Below, piece by piece: positions 1-14,411 of a stretch of 64,000 nt of DNA. Location of the stretch: positions 72,788,001-72,852,000 of the forward strand of contig NC_059426.1 in assembly GCF_021028975.2 (NCBI RefSeq), written 5' to 3'. The notes under the pieces are model-generated. The model did no database searches. It had not been told where the DNA came from and worked only from the letters and a program-made list of their open reading frames with translations. The first letter of the stretch is position 1. The number at the start of each line of letters is the position of its first letter. The translations under genes and the position numbers were made by a program. This DNA comes from Sphaerodactylus townsendi (taxonomy: Eukaryota).

Positions 1-2132
1 TGTACAAACACAATTTCCCTGTTTTAGCCTCCTAATATTTTTCCTGTTTCCACACATAATTGTCCTCTGCTCATGTGCAAACTGAGCCCTGGCCAATTTC
101 TCCTGAAAACTCTACTTGTCTTTAAACCTATTATTTCTTGCCGTTGTGCATTTGGATCAATGTTTTCTATGGCCTGGAGAGAAAAATGCTGCTTTCATCC
201 CTGTGCCTGCTGAAGAGATGAAGGGCACTGTTCTCCTTGCTAAGCAGCAGAGGTACTTGGTTCATTTGAAATGTAGATGGCTGTGCTGCAGTCTCTGGCA
301 ATAATTGGCATTACCAAACAGAATCCCCCGCATTTACAGTGCTGATGGAGCTAAATAGATTTTGTTAGTATTCCTGAGTAGCATGTGCAAAAAAAAAACC
401 AAAAAAGGGGATACCACAATGAGATTCATGCACAATGAGATTCATGATGGCAGCAAAGCAGTGATTCGTGTTGTGTAACAGGCAATGTAGCTATCATGAT
501 GAGAAACCACCTTAGATTATGCCATGCATAATCCCTATCACCAATGCAAGCCAATAACTATCACACTGACCACTTGGCCACTATGGAAAATACCCTGTGC
601 ATGGAATCACCTCTTCTTGGAAAACTGGGCTGGCAGTGCATTGACTAAGGTTCACAAGTTTCGGTGAAACCGTGCACAATCCATGTACAGAATAGACTTG
701 ATTTCCTTGATTTTTCTTTAGACTTTATTCTTTAGACTTGCATTGAGCAATTCTCACACTGCATTCAGTGCATGTACAGCCGAATGTGTGATTTGAACTC
801 CACATTTATCCAGGTACTGGTCCCTGGTTTCATTTGTCAAGCGAACACATGTTGGTTATTTCTTACAAACAAACATGTGAATGTCCATGCATGCATTCAC
901 TGTAAGGCGAAAAGACACTGAAGTACTTCCTCCTGTTCCCTCTTCTGCTTCAAGTCTACTTTTGTTCTGTTACAATCTGTGTGACAATTTTTTTAAATCA
1001 TAGGTTTCTGCACAACAAGATGGAATAATGGTAGTCATGGGTTCTTTGATAATAGTACAATTTACAAATAAGATTTGTGTGGTCATAGATTGAAAGCCAT
1101 ATGTTGAACATTGATATTGCTTCATGCCAAGCTATACTTCAGGTTATTTCAAACATTCTGCTGCAGTTGTCAGGTGTTAAATAAGTTGATATGGACTTGG
1201 GTTTCAAACTTCCCTGTAACAAAGTAGCAGCTGTTTGGATAGAGTTTGGGTAGAGTTTACCCTCTTATGCAGAACAATAAAGAAGATCTGTGAAGATGCA
1301 GAGACTTCTCCCCAGCTTTGCAATGCAGGAGAGGTGCCAGCAGGGTATGAATCTGAGGAGCCTGTTGTGTGAAAAAATACAACTGTAGCAAGTAGGAACC
1401 TGCAAGTGGGGAGTCAAGAGGACATTACATCCACTATTTTTCTTCTGTTCTTCCCCTTCTTCTCTGCTTCTCACTCTCTATCCTGCTACTTTCTCTATTT
1501 CCTCCCAACCCAATTCTCAGCAGCTTGCCTGCTCTGGTTGGATATGGAGAGGCCTCTCCCCCTACAGCCCTGCTCTCACTGCCTCAGCCGGAACCATTCC
1601 AGGTGCAGCAAGACCTCCCTCCCCGCTAAACTGTCTGTGGCAGGATGGCCTGGCTGCTGGTTCTGAGCTCGCTTTTGACTTATTCGAGAGTTGACTGAGG
1701 CAAGGAATAGAACAGCTGTGCAAGGATCCCTAATGGAGAGTTGGCTCATACAAGGAATAGGACAGCCCTGCAAGGACCCCAAAGCTTCAAGAAGTGTTAC
1801 TGGCTGAGTGAGAAGGAGTCTGGAAGTTGTAGTTTCATCAGCCCCACTGTACATGAGAAATGGCACCCTCTGGACTACATCTCCCAGAATCCTTCGTTTG
1901 GGGGTTCATCTTTGGGAACACACTGCTGAATTGCATGGCAGAACCAGTAAACTCCATTAGGCAACACATGATGCACACTTGCATCTCTCAGAATCCTTCA
2001 CTTTTCTGGTTCGTCGTCAGGAACATGCTGCTCAATTATGTAGTAAGATTGCATGGCACAACCAGTAGTTTGCTCCATGAAGCAACACTTATGATTTCAA
2101 TACCTAAGTAAATCTTTTATAATGTCCTTTAG

Positions 2133-5100
2133 TGCCAGCCTCCCCACAGATGAGACTAGTTCTGGATACAGTATGCAGTACTCTGCTGAACTTACAGGAC
2201 AAACTCAACGAACTGGATCGTTCTGCAGGTGACGGAGATTGTGGCAGCACCCATGCCCGCGCTGCCAGAGGTTAGTGCTGTTCTGTTAGTGCCCTAGAAT
2301 TCCTTAGACACTTGGTTAGTTTATGCTTCATTGTAAGATTGAGAGTTATTTTAGCACATTAATATATTTTCATAATTCATTTGTTCTTTCATAAGTTTGG
2401 ATTTACTATACCCAATAGCTTTTCTGAAGTAAGAAATCTGAAGGTCTGAGTATCTCTTCAGAATGCCTCTCTGTAGAAGGATTATAATGATACATTCTCC
2501 TAATGATGCATTGCAAATATATTTGGTCTTAACAAATTTAACAGAATTTCTTTGTAAAGCAGGATCCCTGTCTTTCCCTGTCCAATCCTGTAGCATTTCT
2601 TGGGACTTATGTTGGTGAAACATAATTTGTAACCATTAGTGAGTTGCAGCTAGAATGCAGTCATTTCTAACTGGCAAGTGTTATTTCCTCAGCAATCCAG
2701 GAGTGGCTGAGTATAACACCTCTACCAGAGCATCCATCTCAACTGCTCTCTACCTTGGCAAAGTTGCTGCTGGAGAAGATGGGAGGCTCCTCAGGGGCGG
2801 TGAGTACTTATCAAGTGGATTTGCCGCTCGCTGCATGTATTGTCCTTCAGTGACTATTGCAATGAAGGCCTGCACTATTGTAGGCAGAGGAATGTAACAA
2901 GCTGTGAAGAGACAGTGAATGAGCCATTTTATTGCTGGTGTATATTTACTGTTTTTGGAAGTATGTGTGCATAAACTTGTGATAACTAAATATTTTAAAA
3001 ACTGGTTCCTGTTTAGTTAAGAGATGCAGGGTGCTTTCGGTTTAAGTTAAACCAGTTGAAAAACAGCATACACTTGCAAGTGAAGGAATAGGGAACTTAC
3101 TAGCTGAAGCCAAAACTAAACCAATGTTCAGCTCTTTGACCCTCTGGAGAAAATGTGGGATACACTGTAATGGGACAATTACTGGCCGATTATGCACAGT
3201 GAGGTTCCCTCAACTTCAAAGAGAACTGACCAGGGAGTCTTTGTTTGGGAGCATGTTTGGCGTTATTACCCACTGCCCTGACGTTTTGCCTGCGTCTGAG
3301 GGTGGCAATGTTTTGCGGGTTTTCTATTGCAATGCATGCTTTAATTTTTAATATAATCTTTAATTTTAATCTTTAATCTTATCAATAGATCAATCTATTG
3401 ATAGATCAATAGATCAATCTATTGATAGATCGATAAATGGAAATAAAAAGGTGAACTAAAAAGACTTTTAAAAAGTCTTGAATATGCCATCTGTACTTTT
3501 TTCCCCCAAGCAGATTGTCTGTTATGCTGGGAAGCGAGGGGGGAGTAATGGCAGCATGCAGACTGTACAACCACAAAAGGACAGTGTGAACTGCCGTTCA
3601 CGAAGTTCCCCAGGTTCATCATCATCCATCTCCCAAAGTCCTGTAAACCCAACCAACGGGTGTTTCCTGATGTGGTCTGGAATCACTGATTGCTTGTGTA
3701 TAAAACTATGAGGCTGAAAACATCCCAGTTTGTTGACCAAATGCAGGGCAAATTGGGTGTTTGGACTGATCAGCTAGTCTTATTATTTTTACATTTTTTA
3801 GTGTTAGTATATATATTTTTTAATCTAAAAATCTAAAGATATGCAGGAGCAGGGAGGACATGGGCAATAGAAATGATAGGCAGGACAAGAAGGGGGAATT
3901 AGTTAGCAACAGGGAGGAGGGCGAGGAAAAAGCATGCAAAGCAACCCGAGGAAGTGGGGAGGTAAGACTAGGCAGGCTGGCTACGGGCGGAGAGAAGAGG
4001 TCCAGGGCAAAGCTATGCCCATTGGCAAATCTGTCCTGCTCTGGCAACAAAGCAAAACTAAACTCGTGCTATAAGTAGATTTGTTTGCTATGGGGAAAGT
4101 GCAGAGTGAAAGCAGGGCTAGAGGAAATGCATCCATACAAGATATCTTGCATGGGTGGACATTCGCCTCCACGTAGCAAACACCTTGTGCGTAATTGACC
4201 ACTGTGTTTATGCAACAGGAAAATAACCTTGAATATAAGTCAACCCCCTTAAAAATGTTATACATAAAAATAATATTCAGTGTAACTAACTTATATGCAA
4301 TTGTAAGATGTACTGCTCCTTTTTTTAATGGCATACCTGTGAAAAAAACTAGTTTGCAGTCGAGTAAATACTGTACATTACAATGTTATAATCTGATACC
4401 TATCAGGGAAAGATTATTTTTAGATAGGTAAATCTATGGAAATACACTTAAAATATTTTTGAAAAATTTGCCAATTAAGAATTATTTCTGGTCTCTCAGT
4501 TTACAGGGTTAGATTTCTTGAATTTCCATCCCATTTGTATCCCAGTGTATCTGTATAATCAAAGCAGCTTGTAGCCCCCTTATTCAGGTATTATATTATG
4601 CTTGAACAATTGTGCCATAAAATTGGTGAAACAGAACATTTAACCAGCTATACTTTGTTCTTAGACCAGTGTGATTTTTTTTACAGCTCTATGGGCTGTT
4701 TTTGACAGCTGCTGCTCAGCCCCTACGAATGGACAGTGACCTATCAACTTGGTCTGTGGCCATGGATGCTGGTATCGAAGCCATGATGCGGTGAGTGCCA
4801 CTGATGTGTTTGCAGCACAGTCTTTCTGGTGTGCAGTGGGTTAGCGTCTGCCCTTGCTGTTTGGGAGAGAAACTGCAAGGGAGAGCTGGGCACTGGTTCT
4901 ACATGCAGGACTGTTTTTCTCTGACAGATATGGTGGAGCTGCCCCCGGAGACAGAACCATGGTAAGTGATGCTCTCTACTGCTGTTGCTTGGGTAATTTC
5001 CCCTGCTAATACCATGATCTCATCTTGAGGCAAAACAGACTGTGCTCCTTGCTTGCTATAGATAGATTCATGTCTTGCAGACCTTGTCATTGTTGCCTCA

Positions 5101-8100
5101 GAATGCTCAACTTACAGCCCCACACAACTGCATCTATCAGGGATGGCCAAACTTGCTTAACATAAGAGCCCCGCAGAATAAACTTCAGATGTTTGAGAGC
5201 CACAAGACATGAACAGATATCACACACTCCTTTTTATCGTGGCATGCACAGCTTGTTACAAACCTTTTATATAAAAATTAAGAAGTATATGTATGTAATA
5301 ATCATTATTTGTATATGTAATTTTATTAACATGAAATGAGACTGCCAAAAATAAAAACCAAAGAGGTAAAAACAGATATTGCTAATGATAGTTTTTTGTT
5401 TAAAACTAAATATCTGGTCAGAGCATGGAGAAAAATATATAAATTCAAATGCTGCATTGCAAGAAAGGTGAGAGATTCCCCCCTTCCAGATTTTGAAGGG
5501 AAAAAAACCTCTAATCCTTTTACTCTAGATTAATTAAAGTCATCTACGTTAGGTAGCATTTTACTATTTTGTTTAAAGGAATGGGGCAAGAGTGGCTACT
5601 TCTGCGGCAGAATCCTCCCCCTCGCCAAATATCCCATGTCTTCAAAACCTGCTTTAAATATCTGACACAGTTCAAAGATGATCTGAATGTTCTTCTACCT
5701 TCATCCCATATATTTGAACAAGTTGCAATTATTTGGCAATGAAATTAGATTTGTATATGTTTAAGGGCCTCTTGTTCTACAAATCCCACATTGTGCTTAG
5801 ATCCGAACTCAGACCTGCATCATCTCTCCATCCTCACATAACCCACATGATCTACCTCGTGCAAAAACAGAATTTTCAGGAAGGTCTCTCAAGACCTTCA
5901 GCTTCAGAGCCTTTTTTCCTTAGCTAGGACAAGTACCCAAGGTTGCTATTGCAAGAAGGGAACAGCCACTTCCAAAGGGCACTCACCACTCCTCATCACC
6001 ACCATCAGAAAGGAAATCTGGTGAACTGTGCCAGGAGAAAAGAGGAGGAAGAGGTTGAGGGTTACTTTGATTAAATTTAAGAGGTTGAAAACTGAACGTG
6101 GGACTCAGCAACATGAGGAACACACACCCCTCCCCACTTTCATATATTGCAAGGATTCTGCAACCAGTTCAAAGCCTGGGGAAAGAGCCAAGGGAGACTT
6201 CTTTTCCAAGCCAAAACAGGCCTGAAGAGGGAAGCAGCAAGAGCAGAGAGCAAAACAACAACCCGGGCTGCCCCTCTCAGTCCACTCTCAAGAACACTGC
6301 TGGAAAGTTCCTTTCAACTCCCTCAGAAAATCCATTAATGCTGTCCCACTCTGCTGCTGAGAGATGACTAAGGGGTCATCTCCTGTGCCCTTGCAGACTA
6401 AAATGGTAACATTGAGCACAGTTAATCCTGATTTGCCACCCAGCCAGTCCCTCAGCTGGGGATGCCCCACCACCTTTCCTTGGAAGCATTTGTCAGGGAG
6501 GTGAGGCACAAACATCAGTTTTCTGTGCAGCCTGGCTTGGTCATAACTCCCCATCAAGTCACCTTCCTGTCTTTCTACTGTTCCCTTCTCCCTATCCTTG
6601 CTTTCTTCCTGCTCTAGAGCCTGCTGCGCTCTTCAAGAAACATCGCCATGTCCCTGGAAGAGGTAGACACAGTGATGGGATTCAGCCGGTTTGCACCACT
6701 TCGGCCGAACCGGTTGTTAAAACGGTGCTTGTAAACAACCAGTTGTTAAATTATTTGAATCCCACCACTGGGTGGACATGTCACATAATGTAGCACACAG
6801 GCTTAGAAGTAAGCTAGGAGAGGGAGAGACCTGCATCTCCAGCTGCGAGCCACACATTTTATTGCATTAGAAAACTACACGCAACTCATAAGCCACAGTT
6901 NNNNNNNNNNNNNNNNNNNNNNNNNNNNNNNNNNNNNNNNNNNNNNNNNNNNNNNNNNNNNNNNNNNNNNNNNNNNNNNNNNNNNNNNNNNNNNNNNNNN
7001 NNNNNNNNNNNNNNNNNNNNNNNNNNNNNNNNNNNNNNNNNNNNNNNNNNNNNNNNNNNNNNNNNNNNNNNNNCCCCGTCCCCGAAGGGGACGAGTCTGT
7101 AATGCATCAAGTTTGCACTGTTTTTCAAGACTTACACATTAATATGGAGTTCAATATTGTGATTTATTAGTTAGTACGGTGTTCAATATTGGCATATATT
7201 ACAGGAGCAGCAGTGGCGTAGGAGGTTAAGAGCTCGTGTATCTAATCTGGAGGAACCGGGTTTGATTCCCAGCTCTGCCACCTGAGCTGTGGAGGCTTAT
7301 CTGGGGAATTCAGATTAGCCTGTGCACTCCCACACACGCCAGCTGGGTGACCTTGGGCTAGTCACAGCTTCTCGGAGCTCTCTCAGCCCCACCTACCTCA
7401 CAGGGTGCTTGTTGTGAGGGGGAAGGGCAAGGAGATTGTAAGCCCCTTTGAGTCTCCTACAGGAGAGAAGGGGGGGATATAAATCCAAACTCTTCTTCTT
7501 CTTCTATATGGTGACAAACTATTACAAGGTGTCATTAATATGAAGGATGTGACTGACATTCTTGACTTCAAAGTCTTATAAAATAGTAGGAAAGATGGAT
7601 ACTGTGCACAATATGTAGCCTATATTAGTGCAGCTGGCCTCAGAGCTTTAAACTTCTCATGTTTGCTGCTCTGAGTTTCTGGAGGAAGAGTTGGATAAAA
7701 ATGAGAGAGATGCAACAGATCTTTCACATTCTATATCTGTTCAAGGAAACTTCTGTGAAGACTCCATATTATCTCACTATGTTCTTTATATCTTGGCCCC
7801 CACGCAAATTGAAAATCCATACAATGGGATTAACCATGGCTACAAGGTTCAGTTCTGCAAACACAAGGAAAGCTCAAGTTGCATAAAAATCAGTTTTGTA
7901 TTTAAAAAGTGGTGATAACCTAATAAGAGCCCCCAGTCATTCAAAACTGGCATTGTGGCATCATCCAGTGCTGAGGAGAGTGCAGGGGTGGGGGAGAAGA
8001 GTGGAGCTGGACCCTGGGCAGGTTGCTGATAGGGAAATGGAACCCCTCAACCCTACCCTTAAGAGTCTTCACAATTTCATTTTCAAATTATATAGCAATG

Positions 8101-9188
8101 GATATTATGTTGTAGATCATCTATTTGTAGTAAATATATCCTTGTTTCTTCCTTGCTTTCCCCTACTGTAAATCAATTCAGCTCTGCATCCCTCCAAGCC
8201 ATTTGTCTCATCTGTAGCAGTAAAGTTTGGGAGGTTTTAGATGAGAAGATAAAAGACTGTCCATTACTCATGCTGGTGGAGTTGCTTCTGTTTAATCCTT
8301 CTTGTCTTTTGGCCAGCTGGATTCACTCTGTGCTGCTGCTGAAGAGCTCAGAGCTCTGAAGAGCCCTAAGGCTGATCTGATGCAGGTTCTGGCCAAAGCT
8401 GTACAGGCAAGTTTATCAACTTTCATGCAGGTGAACTTTCAAGGGCTAGGGGGACAAGAGGTGGGCTTGTAAACAGATTTTTGTTCAAGATTTGTGCAAG
8501 CACCCCACTGTCTCTATTTCTATTGGTACATTGTCAAGTCATCTTAAATCTTTGTACTGGATCCCCAAGTTAAAAATACAGCCAGTAATTCATGTGTAAT
8601 GCTGTTTGAGAGTTTTGCTGTGGCAATCTGAAAAAACCCCAAGAATTTAATCATTACATGTAAGCCTTCAGTCATTCATTTGCTGAGTCAGGGCCAAATC
8701 TGAAGAGTAATGTTGGCTCAGTTTCAGATTGAAAAGCACACTACTACAGGTATTGTCTTCCTATATATGCTTACATTGGGGACATGGGACAAGTATACAT
8801 TCTTATCAGAGGCGTAGCAAGGGGGAAAAGCTCCCAGTGCACTGGTGCGTCCGCCCCCGTCCCATCCCAGAACGCCCCCGCCACACCCCCACAGATGCGC
8901 GCACCTGGTGCATCCGCCCCCACCCCTGCTCCTATGGAGCTACGCCTCTGATTCTTACACTCTTTTCAGTTGCTGGTGGAGAGGTAAAGTTCATATTCTA
9001 AACTGATTTCTTCCTCTCTTCTGCAGCAGGCCGAGTATGCTGCTGAATCTACCAGGAATATGGAAGCAGCTGCTGGGAGGGCCAGTTACATCGGCTCAGC
9101 CCACTTAGATGAGCCAGACCCTGGTGCTGTAGCAGTTGCGGCTATTCTTAAGGCAGTCCTGGAAGGACTGCAAGCTCAACCAATATGA
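2133..9188 (+). CDS. TKFC: Triokinase/FMN cyclase (dihydroxyacetone kinase), last six coding exons (DhaL domain); 5' part lies upstream of the window
   Basis: Exons 2133-2270 ([40 protein letters not shown]), 2693-2799 (IQEWL...[11 protein letters not shown]), 4687-4790 ([13 protein letters not shown]...MDAGIEAMM), 4928-4961 ([11 protein letters not shown]), 8317-8406 ([11 protein letters not shown]...AKAVQ, GC donor) and 9027-9188 ([48 protein letters not shown]). Phases are consistent; GDGDCG, MGGSSG, GDRTM and GRASY...DPGA are DhaL hallmarks. AATAAA at 9435. Confidence 0.96.
6901..7073. other. Assembly gap (173 N)
   Basis: Run of N in a TKFC intron. Confidence 1.
7203..7505 (+). mobile_element. 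Full-length tRNA-derived SINE (Squam3-like squamate/gecko SINE) with (TTC)n tail
   Basis: A-box TGGCGTAGGAGG, B-box GTTTGATTCCC, core gctgggtgaccttgggctagtcac, (tct)n tail; highly similar inverted copy at 34465-34754. Confidence 0.88.
8807..8950. mobile_element. Non-autonomous hAT MITE
   Basis: TIR CAGAGGCGTAGC/GCTACGCCTCTG; 8-bp TSD attcttat/attcttac. Confidence 0.85.
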
Positions 9189-10204
9189 CATATTTCAGAC
9201 TGTGGTTCACCAGTTAACGAAATATTGCATGACCGTCCTTCCTTTCCTGTGCTTGAATCAAAGGATCTTCATAGTGACAGTGTTGCTCCTGCTGTGCTGA
9301 ATCTGTAACCATAGTTGCCTGAGACTAGAGCATTCTTAAATTGATTTTTTTTTAATTTCTGCAACCTCATACAAATGGATGGAACTCTTCTTTAGCTTGG
9401 GACCAATACTTGTGCTTTTCTAATTCAGGCTATAAATAAAATATCTTATCTTCTGGAAGTGTTTGTAGAGTACTGTTGGAAAGAGTCTATCATATTCTAA
9501 GCTGTATCATCACTCTCCTATTTGCAGGAGCTGCACTTCAATTAAAGCCATGTATTGATGCACTTAATAGCATCACACTGAAGATTGCTACTGTTTTTGA
9601 AGTGAATAAGGTTCCTGATAGGTCAGTCAGAGAAGAGAGATGGCTTCCACACAGGTTATCTGCCCAGAGTCCCATGCTTTTGGGAAGCAGGGTTTTTTTC
9701 TTGCTATCCCCATTGCACTGAATTTGTACACCTCTGGAGAAAAGCTAGGGGAAACCTCAATCTTAAACTTACCTTGTTCCAAAGTTTTGGGAAAGAATGC
9801 AGTAAAGCCTGGGTGGTGGCTCGCTCCTGTGGGTGGGAAATTTTTGGACTCTCCCTGTCCCAGCAGCAGGCATTTCCACCCCCTGCCACAATAGGGCTTT
9901 TTATTTAAAAAGAAATTGGCACTAGAATATTCTTGCAACAATATACTGTTGTAAATACAGGTTCTTTTTGGCACATAGAACATCATATGGATATATACCA
10001 TTGTGACAATAGGTGTGGGAAATTCTGTAAATTCTCAGCTTTCAATAAAATCCAAGCAAGTCTTCAGCACCTTTCCTTGTAGAAATATAAGGAAAAAACC
10101 ATACCCTTTGCTAGGGAAGAGACTGCTAAAAATTCAGAGAATCCACTACATCTACTGTTACAATGATATATTGGTATAATGATACTCTAGGACTGTTTGT
10201 TTTT

Positions 10205-10815
10205 TTGCAAAAGCCCTAATGGTATTAGTTTCCCCCTTCTAATTTGGTATCATCTGCAGATTTGATTAACATGCCCTCTATTTTATTATCCAAGTCACTG
10301 ATAAAAATATTGAATAGCACTGGGCCTAGGACAGAACTGTGTGGCACTCCACTACTCACTTCTTTCCACGATGAAAATAAGCCATTGATGAGCACTTTTT
10401 GTGTTCTGCCAGTTAACCAATTACAAATCCATCTTACAGTTTCATTGTCTAGTCCACGTTTTTCCAGCTTACTTGCAAGAATATCATGGGACACCTTGAT
10501 AAAGGCCTTACTAAAATCAGGGTATGCTACGTCCACAGCATTCCCTTCATCTACCAAGTTTGTCACTCTATCAAAAAAAGAGATAATATTAGTCTGGCAT
10601 TACTTGTTTTTTAAAAACTCATGTTGGTTTTCAGTGATCACATTACTCCCTTCCAAGTGCTTACAGATGGTCTGTTTAATGATCTGTTCTAGAATCTTTC
10701 CAGTATTTATGTCAGGCTGACTGGGCATGGTAGTTGTTTGGGTCCTCTTTTTCCCCCTTTTTGAAGATGGGGACAACATTAGCTCTCCTCCTGTCTGCTG
10801 GGACTTCTCTTTAGA
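10205..10815 (-). mobile_element. CR1 LINE ORF2 reverse transcriptase fragment, degraded
   Basis: ORF 10225-10566 reads [12 protein letters not shown]...[21 protein letters not shown]...IKSADDTKL, the CR1 RT motifs, with decay. Confidence 0.93.
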
Positions 10816-13800
10816 TACCAATGCCTGGTTCCATATAGATTGAAAGTCATCATTCATAATCAATGGGGTATGGCCAAGTGGGAGAAAAAGCAGTCTGAGC
10901 CAATAATTAAGTATGGCCATCCACACTCTTGTCCCCACTCTCATGAGGCCTGTCTCTGAAAAGTGGCATTAGAGACACATTTTGGAACATGAAGGGCTGA
11001 TTTTAAAATTTTATATTGTACCACTTCAAGAGGTGCAAAACTGGGGAAGGGACCTACCTGGGTACCATTCAGGAGCTGTATAAGTGACTTGGCTTTACAG
11101 AATCTAAGTGCTGCAGGAATATGTCTTAAGGAATTTAAGGATGGCAGTTGAACTCCACTGTGCATTTCCACTAACATAGTCCCCATGAGCTCTTCTACTA
11201 CTGGCAGCGTGGAGGACTACCCTCACATATTTGAAGCAGGAAATGCCATGATTTTAGTTTTCTGATAATTAAAGTTCTAATTTGTCATCTTTACAATACA
11301 ATGCTAATGCTTTCAGTGCTCTTTTAAGGACAATAAGCATTCTTGAAAGAATTACTACATCATCTGCATAAAGCAGAACTCATAGATGTCTTCCAACAAT
11401 TTGGGTGTGTATGTGTGTGAAAATTCATGTTATGAGAATGGCCCACCGTATCATTAATATAGAAGTTAAATATAGAAGTTAAAAAGTGGTGCCAGTCATA
11501 TATCCTTTCCCAGTTTTAATATCACTTGAAAGATAACGCTGAAGGTTACATCAAACTTTGAGTAAGGTCCCTTCATGCAACATACATATTAGGTAGAGCA
11601 GACACTGACCAAGTGAGAAGGCTTCCAGTTTGCCCCACAGTTAACTCCAGATATGTAATCAAAGGCTGCTTTAAAATCCATAAAAGCAGCATAAAGACAG
11701 ATCGTGTTGTAAGAGTAGAATTTTTCAACGAAACGATGGAGTACTAGGCATTGATCAAAGGTGGATTGATCTTTTCTAAAACAAGCTTGCTCTGCTTAAA
11801 GTATGTTTTCTTGTTCCAGCCAATCCTGGAATTTCCATTGTAAATGTCTTGTATAAACTATACTGATTGTTTCGAGAAGGCTAATTGACCAATAATTAGC
11901 AGGGTCATCCTTTCTTATACACAGGGACAATGATTGCAAGCCCAAAATCATTGGGAATGTGACCATGGGTCTCAATAAAGAATGAAGCCAGAATGGGACC
12001 CAGAAGTCCTTATTGTGCTGTAGTTAATTATATATCAAAGTTATTAAAACATTTGGAATAGCTGCTTTTTAAGTGGACAAAATAGCATAGAATTTGGCCA
12101 CTTTAGAGATGACCTCATTGGAGTAGTCTGCAAGGAAGAGATAACTGTAGAATTTTCCAGATCTTCCAGGGAATTTGGAGTAGGGGTGAGATATATGGAA
12201 CAGATGTCCTTATAAAATGGACACTACAATAAAACATATTTCACTGTTTTGACTGCATTCAACTGGCAGGAACACAGGTGCTGAGAACAGGGGATATGCA
12301 AGTATCTTCCCCCACAGCAGTGATGAGGGCTGGTATGTTTTTTTTTTATAATTTGGCAAGAATGTCCATTTTCATCAGAGGTCTCTACATAGTGTTCCTG
12401 AAACTATATCCCCCACAATCTATGCAATCCACAATAATTGGATCATTGCTATAAGAGCATGATATAATATGCCAAAATAAAGCTGAGTCACTAGAACTGA
12501 CAGCTTGAATAGTTGTGACCTATTGTTTTTCTTGGTTTCCTTTTTCTTGCATGCTTACAGCTGTTTATAAAGACTCTTCGAAACTGCATCTCCCTGTATT
12601 GCTGACGAAGGACACTTTGGCCCCAAGTACATCCAGTTGGCCGTGACCAGAGGCAGGGCTTACTCAGCCCTAGCTCCAGCTTGGTGAAACATTCTGTCTG
12701 CTGACATCAGGGCCCTGTGGGACTTTACTCAGTTCTGTACAGCCTGCAAGACAGAAATGTTCCACTGGGCAGCGGCATAGCGGGGTATAAAAATTGTCTA
12801 TCGAACTAATTCCTGTGAACTAAAGGGTAGTAACTTACTAAATTTCTTGTTTAAATTATGACAGCTGAGAATGGTAATTAGCAGCTAAGTCTGGCCTGGT
12901 CTTCCTGGGCATTAGGAAAAAATCTTAAGAACAGCTGGGAAAGGGGAGATGAGGAAAAAGGGAGGGTACATTTAAGTGAGCCTGTATTTTCCTTGCTTAG
13001 TTGGTGCCTTCTTTAAGGCATGGTTTGATTCTATTATCATTTTCTTTTGGCATGTTCTTTTTAATTGTCATCCTCTTACTGGATGAGGAGGTTTGATCTG
13101 TCTCCTTGAATAAACTTTTGGGTTAGTTGAAAAATGTAGTATTTGGAGTTGGTGCTTGTGTGTGCATTCTTCCAGAAAGTGGACCCAAGAAGGAAGCGGT
13201 GAGCCATTTCCCTGCAACAAAGTGAACTGTCTTTTTCTGTCCGAGCCTCCCAAGGGCTGAGAGTGAGCAGGGACAGATGCAATCGGGAGCAGCAGCCGAT
13301 TCATACAGGGGGCTCTTGCCCTGGACACCAGGAGCCTGGGGGGTGCACTGGCCTCTGATCCCCCCCCCCAAAAGCCCTATAATGCCTCTAAAATCACAGA
13401 ACTTCTATGCGAGGTGCACTGAGGCTGGCAAGACACTGGGAGCGAAGACAAGGCCAGGGAGGGTGCACTCCTCCTCTGGCCTTGTCTCTGCCCCCAGCGG
13501 GGAGTAGGGGGAAAAATGCCACCTGGGCGCTGCCCTGTCCCTCCATTTACCTTTTTCTGTGGCTGAAAACAGGCCAGGCTGGTGGGGCGGGGCCAGGAAA
13601 GGGGTGGGCGCAATTTTCCACCCACACAGACGCGCATCTGGTGCTCGGTGCACCACCCTGCCCCCTAACAGCTACACGTCTGGCCCCCAGTGTTTTGCAA
13701 GCCTCATTGCTTTGACATATCTTGGACGAAGGAAAGTTAGCTGCTTTTAAAAAGCATAATTTATTTAAAATACAGCTAACTTTCCTCTGTCCAAGGCACA

Positions 13801-14411
13801 GCAAGGCAGGGGAGCTGAAACAAGGTCAGAGAAGGAGCACACCCTCCCTGGCCTTGTCCCCGCCCCCAGTGTCTCGCCAGCCTTGGCACACATTGGATAG
13901 AAATTAGGTGCATTTTAAAGGCACCAGAGGGGTTGTTTTTGCAAGGGAAATCAGCTGGGAGGGGGTACAGCTGTTGGGAGGGGGTGCCATTTTTTAAAGC
14001 TGTGCCTCTGCCACCGGAGTATGGGGAAGCCACCCAAAAGTCCGGTTAATCAAACTGATAAGCTGGTCTCTCCTACCTTGCACATGTCCAACCTGCACAC
14101 TCCATCCCCTTTCCCCCACAAATAGAGAACGATTCAGGTTAGGATGAGGGGCTAGATTAAATTTTTAGGCTAGGTTCTTTTATTAGACAGTGTGCCAACA
14201 TAAATATTTCATTTTAGTATCAAATTTACCTTATATTTTGATTCTGTATTTTTTAACTTTACTGTAATCCAATCTGGGCCCAGCCTTGGCTGGGAATGGG
14301 CCGAGTATAAACATAAATGTAATAAATGTTGACATCCTGATTGCTGAGTCTAACTTTTCTTCCCACCCAATGTCCTGTCTCTCCCTGATAGTATTAGCCT
14401 AAAAAGCTAAC

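Noticed and set aside
116-304. ORF as a possible upstream TKFC exon
   Set aside because: No convincing match to the expected TKFC linker sequence and no clear in-phase splice sites
7203-7280. tRNA gene
   Set aside because: The A/B boxes belong to a SINE head that continues into a SINE body and tail
13068-14033. Cluster of overlapping ORFs
   Set aside because: GC-rich non-autonomous transposon sequence with internal inverted repeats; no protein motif
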